In this document: positions 1 through 13,035 of the stretch, piece by piece
Layout: each line of letters starts with the position of its first letter
How positions within the stretch are numbered: the first letter of the stretch is position 1
Assembly: GCA_015075545.1 (NCBI GenBank)
Contig: JABTUC010000010.1
Location: 1,601-65,600, forward strand
Source of the DNA: Ideonella sp.
GTDB taxonomy: Bacteria; Pseudomonadota; Gammaproteobacteria; Burkholderiales; Burkholderiaceae_C
Direction: 5' to 3'
DNA length: 64,000 nt
Translations under genes and position numbers: made by a program
The notes under the pieces: model-generated
Databases searched by the model: none
What the model was told of the DNA's origin: nothing
What the model saw: the letters and a program-made list of their open reading frames with translations, nothing else

Positions 1-1353
<1,353 letters not shown>

Positions 1354-1594
1354 GGTTCGTCCTTCGCGGATCCCGCGGCTACACCGAAGGTTAGCGCGTT
1401 CGTGGCGCTCGCCGCCGGCTCCGGGCTCGGGCGCAGGCACCAAGCCCATTTGTCGCGCCACCCCTAGCGCTAGGGGCGGCATCCGGTGCACAACCCTCGC
1501 CAGAGGGATTCTCAATGGCCGCGGCCTGGGCGCATGCTTCGACCCCATGCACTGCGCTGGAGCAGTGCCCAAACGAGCGAATCGGAAGATTGCA

Positions 1595-1849
1595 ATGGCC
1601 AGGCCGGTTCAGTGGTTGGTCCGGGTACTCGGGCTCGATGGCGGCAACAACGACGACGCCGTCGCCTCGTACGAGTACGTCGACGGCTCGCGGCTGTCAG
1701 CCGGCGAGTTCCATCAATCCGATTCGATGCGGCTCGACGAGGCCAACGTCCGCGATTTCGCCGAGACGCTGCCCGCCTTCGCACATCGTCGCGCGCTGCC
1801 GCCGTACCCTCCGCGCGCGGCGGCATGGCCGAGCCACAGCGCGACCTGA
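1595..1849 (+). CDS. small hypothetical protein (84 aa)
   Basis: Internal ATG of track ORF 1328..1849, with ggaag about 8 nt upstream. Sequence [39 protein letters not shown]... Third codon positions are mostly G/C like flanking genes. No family recognised. Confidence 0.4.
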   Translation: MARPVQWLVRVLGLDGGNNDDAVASYEYVDGSRLSAGEFHQSDSMRLDEANVRDFAETLPAFAHRRALPPYPPRAAAWPSHSAT

Positions 1850-1887
1850 GGCGCTGAGCGCGTCGGGCCCTGCTGAGGGCACAGCGC

Positions 1888-2709
1888 CTAGAGTTCCGGC
1901 AGCAACGCGCGCACGCGCTCGACCCACTCACCGCGGCCAATCAGCAGATCGGGCGTCTTGGGGTCGGGCTGGTTGTAGCGGCAGGCGCTGCCGTCGAAGC
2001 GACAGGCCACGAGCCCATGCGACAGCGCCACCCCCACCGGGGCACAGGAGTCCCACTCGTTCATGGCGCCGACGTGCAGGTACAACTCGGCGTCGCCACG
2101 CAGCACCGCCATCGCCTTGGCGCCGGCCGAGCCCACGCGCAGCAGTTGCGCACCCAGCCGCTGCGCCAGCGCGTCGGCGATCGACGGCGGCCGCGAGCGG
2201 CTGACCATGATGCGCGGGCGGCCACCGTACGCCGCTGGCAGCGGCCGGACCCGATCGCTGCGCCAGAGCTGCTTCAGCCCCGGCAGCGCCACCGCGCAGG
2301 CCGCGGGTGCGCCGTCGACCGCGAGTGCCACGTGCACCGCCCAATCGGTACGCGCGCCGGGTTCGCCGTACTCGCGCGTGCCATCGAGCGGATCGACGAT
2401 CCACACGCGCTGTCGTTGCAGCCGCTGCGGGTCGGCGGGTTGTTCTTCCGACAGCACGGCATCGTCGGGCCGGTGCTGCCGCAGCAGCGCCACGATGACG
2501 GCGTTGGCTTGCGCATCGCCGGCGCGGCCGAGATCGTCGCCGCGCAGGCCGCCATTGGCGCGTAGCTCGAGCAGCAACTGCCCTGCCCGCTCAGCAGCGA
2601 GCGCGGCCAGGCCGGCATCGTCGAGCGGTGGGGTCATCGATTCGATGGCAAGGCCGAGGCTGCGGGTCGGGTCCTGCACATGGGGGCTCCAGTCCAGCGG
2701 CAGTGTCAT
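1888..2709 (-). CDS. cysQ: 3'(2'),5'-bisphosphate nucleotidase / inositol monophosphatase family protein
   Basis: 273-aa ORF with the WIVDPLDGTREY metal-binding motif and WDSCAP motif of the IMPase/CysQ fold. Confidence 0.75.
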   Translation of the reverse strand: MTLPLDWSPHVQDPTRSLGLAIESMTPPLDDAGLAALAAERAGQLLLELRANGGLRGDDLGRAGDAQANAVIVALLRQHRPDDAVLSEEQPADPQRLQRQRVWIVDPLDGTREYGEPGARTDWAVHVALAVDGAPAACAVALPGLKQLWRSDRVRPLPAAYGGRPRIMVSRSRPPSIADALAQRLGAQLLRVGSAGAKAMAVLRGDAELYLHVGAMNEWDSCAPVGVALSHGLVACRFDGSACRYNQPDPKTPDLLIGRGEWVERVRALLPEL

Positions 2710-2788
2710 GCATCATGGCGCCTGGGCACCAATGCCGCTGCTGGTGAAACACCGGGGACCCCCGGCGGCGCACCGGCCGCGTGGCACC

Positions 2789-3571
2789 ATGGGCACGATG
2801 CACGAGCTGACCTGGATCGACGACACGGCGCCGCTGCCGGCCACGCGCCGTGCGCTCGGGCCGGCCAGCGATGCGCCCGGGCTGCTTTGCGCGGGCGGCC
2901 GGCTCGACACCCGCCGCCTCGAAGAGGCCTACCGCCGCGGCGTGTTCCCGTGGTACGGCAACGGCCAGCCGGTGCTGTGGTGGACGCCCGACCCGCGCAT
3001 GGTGCTGCCGGTGGGCGAGTTCAAGGTCTCGCGCTCGCTGGCCAAGACGCTGCGCCGGTTCATCGCCGACGCCGACTGCGAGATCCGCGTCGACCACGAC
3101 GCCTACCGCGTGATCGGCGCGTGCGCGCAGGTGCCGCGCGAGGGCCAGGCCGGCACCTGGATCGTGCCGGCGATGGTGCGTGCCTACAGCGAGTGGCACG
3201 ACGAAGGCCGCGTGCACAGCTTCGAAACCTGGGTCGACGGCCGGCTCGCCGGCGGGCTCTATGGCGTGGGCATCGGCCGCATGTTCTTCGGCGAGTCGAT
3301 GTTCAGTTGGCGCACCGACGCCTCGAAGATCGCGCTGGCGGCGCTGGTGGCGTTCTGTCGCACGCACGGCATCGGCCTGATCGATTGCCAGCAGCACACC
3401 GGCCACCTCGCCTCGCTGGGTGCGCGCGAGGTCGCACGTGCGGCGTTCGAGCGGCACCTCGCCGCGGCCCTGGCCGAAACGCCGCCGCGCCGCTGGACCT
3501 ATGATCGCGCCATGTGGGCGCAGCTCGGCCTGGAGCCGCGAGGCGCACCCGAGCGAACCGCCGCCCCGTGA
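2789..3571 (+). CDS. aat: leucyl/phenylalanyl-tRNA--protein transferase
   Basis: Internal ATG of ORF 2063..3571. [12 protein letters not shown]...[24 protein letters not shown]...[18 protein letters not shown] is a typical L/F-transferase. The upstream part of the ORF is Ser/Ala/Arg-rich shadow. Confidence 0.85.
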   Translation: MGTMHELTWIDDTAPLPATRRALGPASDAPGLLCAGGRLDTRRLEEAYRRGVFPWYGNGQPVLWWTPDPRMVLPVGEFKVSRSLAKTLRRFIADADCEIRVDHDAYRVIGACAQVPREGQAGTWIVPAMVRAYSEWHDEGRVHSFETWVDGRLAGGLYGVGIGRMFFGESMFSWRTDASKIALAALVAFCRTHGIGLIDCQQHTGHLASLGAREVARAAFERHLAAALAETPPRRWTYDRAMWAQLGLEPRGAPERTAAP

Positions 3572-4383
3572 CGCACCCCAAAGAGCTTCCGCTGTCGTCG
3601 CTGCAGTTCTATGCGACGGCGCCCTACCCGTGCAGCTACCTGCCCGAGCGGCTGGCGCGCTCGCAGGTAGCCACGCCGAGCCACCTGATCCACGCCGACG
3701 CCTACTCAGGGCTGGTGGCCAACGGCTTTCGGCGCAGCGGCATGTTCACCTACCGGCCGTACTGCGACAGCTGCCGCGCCTGCGTGCCGCTGCGCGTGCC
3801 GGTGCAGCGCTTCGTGCCCTCGCGCAGCCAGCGCCGGGCGTGGAAGAGCCACAGCGCGCTGCAGGCGCGCGTGCTGCGCCTGTGCTTCCTGCCCGAGCAC
3901 TACCAGCTCTACCTGCGCTACCAGTCGGGGCGCCACGCCGGCGGCGGCATGGACCACGACAGCGTCGACCAGTACACGCAGTTCCTGCTGCAAAGCCGCG
4001 TCAACTCGCGCCTGGTGGAGTTTCGCGAACCGTCGAGCGATGGCGCCGGGGCGCTGCGCATGGTGTCGATCCTCGACGTGCTCAACGACGGCCTGTCTGC
4101 GGTCTACACCTTCTTCGACCCCGACCCCGCCGCGAGCTACGGCACCTACAGCGTGCTGTGGCAAATCGAGCAGACTCGGCTGCTGAAGCTGCCTCACGTC
4201 TACCTCGGCTACTGGATCGCCCAGAGCCCGAAGATGGCCTACAAGGCACAGTTCAAGCCGCACGAGGTGCTGATCGACGGCCGCTGGGGCCCGCCGCCGC
4301 CCGCGGCTCCACAGCCGCCGCAGCGATCCGACGGCGGGGCGCCGATCGGCTTTCTGCACGGGCCGCGATTCAGCGCGCGCTGA
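3568..4383 (+). CDS. bpt: arginyl/leucyl-tRNA--protein transferase (Bpt family, N-end rule)
   Basis: GTG at 3568 overlaps the aat stop (GTGA). [15 protein letters not shown]...[16 protein letters not shown]...[13 protein letters not shown] is an ATE/Bpt signature. The aat-bpt pairing is classic. Confidence 0.85.
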   Translation: MTHPKELPLSSLQFYATAPYPCSYLPERLARSQVATPSHLIHADAYSGLVANGFRRSGMFTYRPYCDSCRACVPLRVPVQRFVPSRSQRRAWKSHSALQARVLRLCFLPEHYQLYLRYQSGRHAGGGMDHDSVDQYTQFLLQSRVNSRLVEFREPSSDGAGALRMVSILDVLNDGLSAVYTFFDPDPAASYGTYSVLWQIEQTRLLKLPHVYLGYWIAQSPKMAYKAQFKPHEVLIDGRWGPPPPAAPQPPQRSDGGAPIGFLHGPRFSAR

Positions 4384-4573
4384 GGCGCCGCGCACTGAGC
4401 GCACCCCATGCGGGGCACCCATCCGCGGGCCTGCACGCGCAGACTCGTGGGCCACGGGGCCGCTAAGATTTGGCCTCGTTGCGAATCACGCCAGCGTGCA
4501 TGACGCCCACGGCCGTGACGCGCGACGCCAAGCGCACCACCCCGGTGCCAAACAACAAGAGGGAAACGAATCC

Positions 4574-5128
4574 ATGAAAGGTATCACTCTGGCCGCCGTG
4601 GCTGCGGCCGCCGCGTTCTCGCTCGCCCTGCCGGCACACGCTGGCAAGGGTGGCCCGGCACCGACCTCGACCATCACCAAGCAGAAGCGCAACGACAACA
4701 AGGCGTTTGTCGGCATCAACTGGAACTGGGGTGTGCGCGATGGCGCCACCGCCGTGGTGGGTTACCGCTGGGCCAAGGTCAAAGAAAACGGACACGTCAA
4801 TGGCAGCCTCGTCGACCTGACCTTTCCGCTTACCGGCGCGAAGTTCGGCCTCGGTGAATTGCACATCAAGGGGCTCGCAGGGCGACGCAGCGCGCAGGGC
4901 GAACTCGGCGTCGGCTACGGCTTCCAGGCGGGCGCCTTCTTGCTGAACGGCGGCGCGCGTGGCCCCTATGTCAATGTCGGCACCGATTACCTGTTCGGCA
5001 GGGGCTGGCAACCCTATGTCGGCATCGATACGCTCGGCCGCGTCAAGCGACCCAACGAAACCACGACGCTGAGCTGCCCGGCGGGCTTCACCCTCCAAGG
5101 CGGCAACTGCATCCCCGACGGTGTGTGA
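4574..5128 (+). CDS. secreted hypothetical protein (184 aa, Sec signal peptide)
   Basis: ATG at 4574 preceded by gaggga. Signal peptide MKGITLAAVAAAAAFSLALPAHA. Gly/aromatic-rich body (GINWNWG, GVGYGFQAG) and a C-terminal Cys pair CPAGFTLQGGNC. More A/T-ending codons than its neighbours. Confidence 0.6.
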   Translation: MKGITLAAVAAAAAFSLALPAHAGKGGPAPTSTITKQKRNDNKAFVGINWNWGVRDGATAVVGYRWAKVKENGHVNGSLVDLTFPLTGAKFGLGELHIKGLAGRRSAQGELGVGYGFQAGAFLLNGGARGPYVNVGTDYLFGRGWQPYVGIDTLGRVKRPNETTTLSCPAGFTLQGGNCIPDGV

Positions 5129-5209
5129 CGGCGAACTCGATCTTCTCCATCGACTGCATCGGCAAGCTGAATCGGCGGCCACCGCGATGACGGCGGCCGT
5201 CCGGGCACC

Positions 5210-5731
5210 ATGAAGCGCCGGCTCGCCCAAGCCGGCGCGCCGGCATCGCTCGGCCGACGCCAGGTCAGCCGGGCGCTTGCGCTCGGCCTCGCCACGATGG
5301 GTCTGGCCGATCTGCCGGCGCTGGCGGCGGGCACCAGCGCCGATCGCGACAGGATCGCACGCACCTTTACGGCGTTCTGCGATACGTTGGTGCCCGCCGA
5401 CGAACTGACGCCGTCAGCCTCGGCCCTGCGCGTCCCCGGAACCATCCTCGACGATATCGCCGGCGACGCGCTCGCCGAGCGGCTGCTCACGGCCGGCTGC
5501 AACTGGCTCGACGCCGCCTGCAGCGGCGACTTCGCCTCCGCCGCTGAGGGCGCACGCATCGCTGCGTGCGAGAAGATGCAGACCTTGCCGTGGCAATCTC
5601 CGCCCGGACGGTTCTTTCACTTGATGCGCAATACCGTGATGGCCGAGTACTACGTTCAGCCGGCGTCGTGGCACGGACTGGCGCTGACCCGGACGCCGCA
5701 GCCGCTGGGTTTCTTCGACGCAGTGCGCTGA
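5210..5731 (+). CDS. Tat-signal small subunit of a GMC-type dehydrogenase (gluconate 2-dehydrogenase subunit 3-like)
   Basis: Twin-arginine motif GRRQVSRALALG near the N-terminus. Its stop overlaps the ATG of the downstream GMC oxidoreductase (TGATG at 5729-5733). Confidence 0.6.
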   Translation: MKRRLAQAGAPASLGRRQVSRALALGLATMGLADLPALAAGTSADRDRIARTFTAFCDTLVPADELTPSASALRVPGTILDDIAGDALAERLLTAGCNWLDAACSGDFASAAEGARIAACEKMQTLPWQSPPGRFFHLMRNTVMAEYYVQPASWHGLALTRTPQPLGFFDAVR

Positions 5732-7431
5732 TGGGTGATACCGGCTACGACGCCGTCGTCGTCGGCGCGGGCGCCGGCGGTGCGGCGGCCGCGTGGCGCA
5801 TGACGCAACGCGGCTGGCGCGTGCTGCTGCTCGACGCCGGGCCGTGGTTCGACCCCGATGCCGACTACGGCCTCGACCGCCCCGATTGGGAGCGCGAGGG
5901 CTTTCGCCACAAGCCGGGCAGCCTCGGCGAAACGCGCTTCGCAGCGCTGCAGGAACTCGACCCGGCACTCGCCGACCTGCGCTCGTGGAGCCTCGGCCAG
6001 GGGCCGACGAATCGCGAATCGCGCCGCGCGGTCTCGGGCCCCGGCTACCACCACGTGCGCGGAATCGGCGGCACGACGCTGCACTTCGTGGGCGAATCGC
6101 ATCGCATGAATCCGGCCTCGATGGCAATGCGCAGTCGCTTCGGCGTGGCTGCCGACTGGCCGGTGACCTACGCCGAACTCGAACCCTGGTACCTCGAAGT
6201 CGAGCGCCTGCTCGGCGTTGCCGGCCCCGCCGAGGTGCGCGACCGCTGGCGCAGTGCACCCTACCCTCTGCCGGCGCACCCGTTGTCGCGAGCCTCGCGC
6301 CGACTCGCCCGCGGCGCCGCGGCGCTAGGCTTTGCCTGGGATGCCAACCCTCGCTGCGCGCTGTCGCAACCCTACGACGGCCGCCCCTCGTGCAACTACT
6401 GTGGCGGTTGCACCCACGGCTGCCCGCGCCGCGACAAAGGCTCGGCGGACGTGAGCTTCGTCGCCAAGGCCAAGGCGAGCGGACGTTGCGACATACGTGC
6501 GAACACGACGCTGCTGCGCATCGTGCAAGGAGGCGGCGCCGACGGGAACCGTGGCGAGCGCGGCAGCGACGCCGGTGCGACCACCGCCGGCAGCCGGAAC
6601 CGCCGCATCGCAGCGATCGAGATCTCCGAAGGTGGCCGGCGCCAGCGCCTGCCCGTGCGCCGCCTCGTGCTGGCCTGCGGCGCGATCGAGACGCCACGCA
6701 TGCTGCTGCTCGCACCGGGCCTGGCCAACGCGAGCGGCCAGGTCGGGCGCAATCTGCTCGAGAGCGTCGCCTGGACCAGCATCGGACGCGTCGACGAACC
6801 GTTGCTGAGCTTTGGCGGTCTGCCGGCCGACGCCATTACCTGGCACCACAACCGCCCCGATTCGATCCCCGGCGTGATCGGTGGCTTCCGTCTGAGCGCG
6901 GCGATCCACGAATCCGAGATGATCGGCGCCATCGCACACGCGCAGCGCGCAGTGCCGGGCTTCGGCCGCGAGCACAAGCGCGAGATGCGGCGTGTCGTCG
7001 GCAGCACCGTGGCCGTCGGCGCGGTCGGCGAGAGCCTGCCACACCCGCGCTCGAAGGTCGATCTCGATCCGGTCGGTCGCGACCGCTTCGGCCGGCCGTT
7101 CGCACGCATCCATTCCTACGTCGACTCGATGACGGTGCAACGCCTGCGCGCCATGGCCGGCGCGGCGCGCGCCTTGCTGAGAGCCAGCGAGGTGACGACG
7201 CTGGTCGAGGAGTACGGCACCTACGACCACTTCTCCTCGGCGCACGTGTTCGGCACCTGCCGCATGGGCAAGGACCCGCGCCATTCGGTGGTCGACGCCA
7301 ACCTGCGGGTACACGGTTTCGACAATTTCCACATCTGCGACGCCAGCGTCTTCCCGAGTTCGGGCGGCGGCGAAGCGCCGAGCCTGACGATCCAGGCGCT
7401 CGCGTTGCGAGCGGTCGACCGGATGGTCTGA
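5731..7431 (+). CDS. GMC family FAD-dependent oxidoreductase
   Basis: Internal ATG of ORF 5566..7431. N-terminal FAD fold [19 protein letters not shown]...LLLDAG. C-terminal GMC motifs HVFGTCRMG and ICDASVFPSSGG. Confidence 0.8.
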   Translation: MGDTGYDAVVVGAGAGGAAAAWRMTQRGWRVLLLDAGPWFDPDADYGLDRPDWEREGFRHKPGSLGETRFAALQELDPALADLRSWSLGQGPTNRESRRAVSGPGYHHVRGIGGTTLHFVGESHRMNPASMAMRSRFGVAADWPVTYAELEPWYLEVERLLGVAGPAEVRDRWRSAPYPLPAHPLSRASRRLARGAAALGFAWDANPRCALSQPYDGRPSCNYCGGCTHGCPRRDKGSADVSFVAKAKASGRCDIRANTTLLRIVQGGGADGNRGERGSDAGATTAGSRNRRIAAIEISEGGRRQRLPVRRLVLACGAIETPRMLLLAPGLANASGQVGRNLLESVAWTSIGRVDEPLLSFGGLPADAITWHHNRPDSIPGVIGGFRLSAAIHESEMIGAIAHAQRAVPGFGREHKREMRRVVGSTVAVGAVGESLPHPRSKVDLDPVGRDRFGRPFARIHSYVDSMTVQRLRAMAGAARALLRASEVTTLVEEYGTYDHFSSAHVFGTCRMGKDPRHSVVDANLRVHGFDNFHICDASVFPSSGGGEAPSLTIQALALRAVDRMV

Positions 7432-7495
7432 CGCCTCTCTGCCTCTCTTTCGAGAACCGCGAACCGCAGCCGATCGCGTGCGAGGGGAGAAAGAG

Positions 7496-7520
7496 CCCCA
7501 ACCGAGAACGGTTGGGGTTT
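7496..7520. terminator. bidirectional stem-loop between the GMC gene (+) and ssrA (-)
   Basis: ccccaacc-gagaac-ggttgggg followed by ttt on the + strand. The reverse complement lies just downstream of the tmRNA 3' end. Confidence 0.55.
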
Positions 7521-7526
7521 CGTCAT

Positions 7527-7902
7527 TGGTGGAGCCGGGGGGAATCGAACCCCCGTCCGCAAGCCATCGCCGGCCAGTTCTACATGCGTAGCTGTCTGAT
7601 TTGGCTCTCGCCTCTCCGATCGCGCAGCAGCACGCTATCGGGTCGGCCAGTCACCTTGAGTCTCGCGATGCGCCAAGTGACCCGGCGCACCACCAGCCGA
7701 TGTGGATGACCTCGCAGCCTTGCCCTTGCGGGTTTCGGCCCGGCCCATCGGCCTGCCGTTGCGAGGCTCACCGGTTTTTAGGCGGCGAGGGCGAAACGTT
7801 CGTCGTTCGCAGTTACTTCGTTCCAGCTGGATTAACGAGCTGATCTGGCGCTCGGCATGCCCTGATCCGACTCCGCACCCACGTCGAAGCCAGGTCGGCC
7901 CC
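7527..7902 (-). ncRNA. ssrA: tmRNA (transfer-messenger RNA)
   Basis: On the minus strand the 5' end is GGGGCCGACCTGGCTTCGACG and the 3' end is GGACGGGGGTTCGATTCCCCCCGGCTCCACCA. The tag reading frame at 7810..7778 is GCG AAC GAC GAA CGT TTC GCC CTC GCC GCC TAA = ANDERFALAA*. Confidence 0.95.
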
Positions 7903-7910
7903 AGAGGCGG

Positions 7911-7937
7911 AGTTTAGGCCATTGCGAGCCAGTTCAA
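7911..7937 (-). promoter_or_regulatory. candidate ssrA promoter (TTGAAC-N15-TAAACT)
   Basis: Minus strand reads TTGAAC tggctcgcaatggcc TAAACT ccgcctct GGGG(+1). The -10 overlaps the gph stop codon. The spacer is short, so support is weak. Confidence 0.25.
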
Positions 7938-8579
7938 GAGCTCGGCTGGTGTGTCGAGGATCGCGTCGGCGCCCCATTCGTGCGGCGGTGCGCCGTCGCC
8001 CAGGTAACCCCACGCGGCCACCAGCGTCGCCATGCCCGCGGCGCGGCCGGCCGTCACATCGCGCAGGTCGTCGCCGACATAGGCGCAGCGAGTGGCCTGC
8101 AGATCGAGCCGGCGCGCTGCCTCGAGCAGCGGCGCCGGATGCGGCTTGGCGTGCGCGGTGGTGTCGCCACACACCAGAGCGGCCGCGCGCCGGTGCAGCG
8201 CCAGCCCCTCGACGATCGGCTCGGCGAAACGGGTGGCCTTGTTGGTGACGATGCCCCAGCGCAGGCCCGCCGCCTCGAGGGCCTGCAGCACCGGCTGGAT
8301 GGCGTCGAACACGCAGGTGGTCTGAAGCATGCGCTGCGCGTAGCGCGCGAGAAAGGCCTCGCGCAGCGGCTCGAACTGCGCGTCGCCCGGCTTGACGCCG
8401 AAGGCGGCGCCAACCATGCCGCGCGCGCCGGCGCTCACCATCGGGCGCAGCGCCTCCAGCGGCATGCGCGGCAGCCCGCGTTCGGCGAGCAGGTCGTTGG
8501 CGGCCCCGGCGAGGTCGGGGGCACTGTCGATCAGGGTGCCGTCGAGATCGAACAGCACGGCGTCGCAGCGCTGCCTCAT
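7914..8579 (-). CDS. gph: phosphoglycolate phosphatase (HAD superfamily)
   Basis: Internal ATG of ORF 7914..9320. MRQRCDAVLFDLDGTLIDSAPDL...GIVTNK...YVGDDLRDVTAGRAAGM are the HAD motifs I-III. Its start overlaps the ubiG stop. Confidence 0.8.
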   Translation of the reverse strand: MRQRCDAVLFDLDGTLIDSAPDLAGAANDLLAERGLPRMPLEALRPMVSAGARGMVGAAFGVKPGDAQFEPLREAFLARYAQRMLQTTCVFDAIQPVLQALEAAGLRWGIVTNKATRFAEPIVEGLALHRRAAALVCGDTTAHAKPHPAPLLEAARRLDLQATRCAYVGDDLRDVTAGRAAGMATLVAAWGYLGDGAPPHEWGADAILDTPAELLNWLAMA

Positions 8580-9280
8580 CACGGCTTGCTGCACGCCAGC
8601 AGGTAGTTGACGCTGGTGTCGCCCGAGAGCCAATAGCGGCCGGTGAGCGGGTTGTACTGCATGCCCTTCAGGTCGATCACCTCGAGCCCCGCCGCGCGGC
8701 AGGCGCGCGCCAGCTCGCTCGGCCGGATGAAGCGCGCGTACTCGTGCGTGCCCTTGGGCAGCAGCTTCAGCACGTGCTCGGCGCCGACGATCGCGAATGC
8801 GAACGCCTTGGCACTGCGGCTGATGGTCGAGAAGAACAGGTGCGCCCCGGGGCGCGCCAGCGTGGCGCACGCACGCACCACCGAGTCGGGTTGCGGTACG
8901 TGCTCGAGCATCTCCATGCAGGTCACGGTGTCGAAAGCCCCAGGCCGCTGTCGTGCCAGATCCTCGGCCGAGATCTCCATGTATTCCAACTCCGAAACAC
9001 CGGTGTCGAGTGCATGCAGGCGCGCCACCTTCAGCGGCTTGGCGGCGAGATCGATGCCGGTGACGGTGGCGCCGCGCCGCGCCATCGCCTCGGCCAGAAT
9101 GCCACCGCCGCAGCCCACATCGAGCACGCGGCGCCCGCGCAGCGGCGCCAGCGCATCGATCCACTCGAGGCGCAGCGGGTTGATCGCGTGCAGCGGCTTG
9201 AACTCGCCGCCCGGATCCCACCAGCGGTGGGCCAGTTCGCTGAACTTGCTCAGCTCCTGCGGGTCGGCGTTGACGTTCAT
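8579..9280 (-). CDS. ubiG: bifunctional 3-demethylubiquinol 3-O-methyltransferase / 2-polyprenyl-6-hydroxyphenol methylase
   Basis: 233 aa. FSELAHRWWDPGGEFKPLHAINPLRLEWI and SAM motif VLDVGCGGGILAE. Confidence 0.9.
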   Translation of the reverse strand: MNVNADPQELSKFSELAHRWWDPGGEFKPLHAINPLRLEWIDALAPLRGRRVLDVGCGGGILAEAMARRGATVTGIDLAAKPLKVARLHALDTGVSELEYMEISAEDLARQRPGAFDTVTCMEMLEHVPQPDSVVRACATLARPGAHLFFSTISRSAKAFAFAIVGAEHVLKLLPKGTHEYARFIRPSELARACRAAGLEVIDLKGMQYNPLTGRYWLSGDTSVNYLLACSKP

Positions 9281-9321
9281 GGCGACATCGTAGCGGCAGG
9301 TGCGCGCTTCGCCGTGCCAAG

Positions 9322-9346
9322 AAAAAGGCCCCGCCGCGGCGGGGCC
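9322..9346 (-). terminator. rho-independent terminator downstream of the OmpA-family gene
   Basis: Minus strand reads ggccccgc-cgcg-gcggggcc followed by TTTTT (plus-strand aaaaa at 9322-9326). Confidence 0.6.
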
Positions 9347-9370
9347 TGTCGACAGGCGAGTGGGGTTGGG

Positions 9371-10053
9371 TCAGCGCCTCGTGCGCGTGCCCACGACCTC
9401 GATCTCGACCCGACGGTTCTTGGCGCGGCCCTCGGCGGTCTTGTTGTCGGCCACCGGCTGCTTCTTGCCCTTGCCTTCGGTGTAGACGCGGTTCTTCTCG
9501 ATGCCCTTGCTCACCAGGTAGGCCTTCACCGATTCGGCGCGCGCCACCGACAGCTTCTGGTTGTAGGCATCGCTGCCGACGTTGTCGGTGTGGCCGACGG
9601 CGATGATGACTTCCAGGTTGACGCCGGCGGTCTTAGCCACCAGGTCATCGAGCTTGGCCCTGGCTTCGGGCTTCAGCGTCGCCTTGTTGAAGTCGAAGAA
9701 CGCGTCGGCCGCGAAGGTCACCTTCTCGCTGGTCGGTGCCGGGCGGGGGCCGGGCGGGTGCTGGGGCGCGGGCGGTGGCGCAGCGGGTGCTGGCGCGGTG
9801 CCGGCGCGCGCGCGGCGCGGGCGCGGGCCGGCGCGGGCGCCGGGGCCGGCTTCAGTGCGCCGTCGCACGCCGGGTTGGCGGTGGCCGGGGTCCAGGTGGC
9901 ATCGCGCCAGCACTGCGCGCCGTTGCCGTTTCTCCAGGGCGTGCCATCGGAAGCGCGCCAGTTGTTGGCCGAATTGGACTGCGCAAAAACAAGCATCGGC
10001 GCAGCCAAAGCGGTGGAGGCAACCAGCGCCGCCACCGTGTTGAGTTTCTTCAT
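9371..10053 (-). pseudogene. OmpA-family outer-membrane/peptidoglycan-associated protein with an interrupted reading frame in the Pro/Ala linker (true frameshift or sequence error)
   Basis: From ATG 10053 (SD gagagga) the frame reads MKKLNTVAALVASTALAAPMLVFA...CWRDATWTPATANPACDGALKPAPAPAP and stops at TGA 9718-9720. The OmpA_C domain EKVTFAADAFFDFNKATLKPEA...GHTDNVGSDAYNQKLSVARAESV...NRRVEIEV is in another frame (track ORF 9371..9913). Confidence 0.6.
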
Positions 10054-10256
10054 GATGTTCCTCTCAGGGGAAAAGTCGCAGTCGCCTGCGAGATGTTCAC
10101 GTCGAAAAGCGAGAAAGCCGGCAAACACCGGCTGCAACTGCACCCACTTTCGGCCTCGATGATTCTGCCATACGGTCCATGACCCTCCTTTATTGTGATC
10201 CGGGTCGATGCAGGGCGACCCGCGATGTTGCGAAGGTGCGACACGGGGTACGCCCT

Positions 10257-10262
10257 TAGAAT
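10257..10262 (+). promoter_or_regulatory. candidate -10 element (TAGAAT) upstream of gyrA
   Basis: AT-rich hexamer in the ompA-gyrA divergent spacer, about 75 nt upstream of the gyrA ATG. No convincing -35. Confidence 0.3.
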
Positions 10263-10337
10263 TGACCTCCCTCAAGAGCGACGAGGGCGTTCGCCCTCGC
10301 CTCCCACTCGGCGCATGGCAGCCGCCGTCTCCCCCGG

Positions 10338-12983
<2,646 letters not shown>

Positions 12984-13035
12984 AGGCATCGGCACACCGC
13001 GGCGGCCGCGCGGCGTGCAAGAATTCGAAACACCC

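Noticed and set aside
7432-7526. Possible att site or genomic-island boundary at the 3' end of ssrA.
   Set aside because: No integrase gene and no visible repeat of the tmRNA 3' terminus were found in the adjacent 3 kb. The spacer is explained by a bidirectional terminator hairpin.
10100-10180. 27-codon upstream ORF (MDRMAESSRPKVGAVAAGVCRLSRFST) with AAGGAGGG just before its ATG, in the OmpA-family gene leader. It overlaps a hairpin agccgg-tgtttg-ccggct followed by a T-rich stretch.
   Set aside because: Roughly half of its third codon positions are A/T, unlike genuine genes here. The SD-to-ATG spacing is only about 3 nt. The hairpin is more simply a 5' UTR stabilising or attenuating structure.
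9718-10275. N-terminal extension of the OmpA-family frame ([19 protein letters not shown]...) suggested by the track ORF.
   Set aside because: The extension precedes a perfect signal peptide that starts at ATG 10053 with its own SD, and it runs through the promoter or leader region shared with gyrA.
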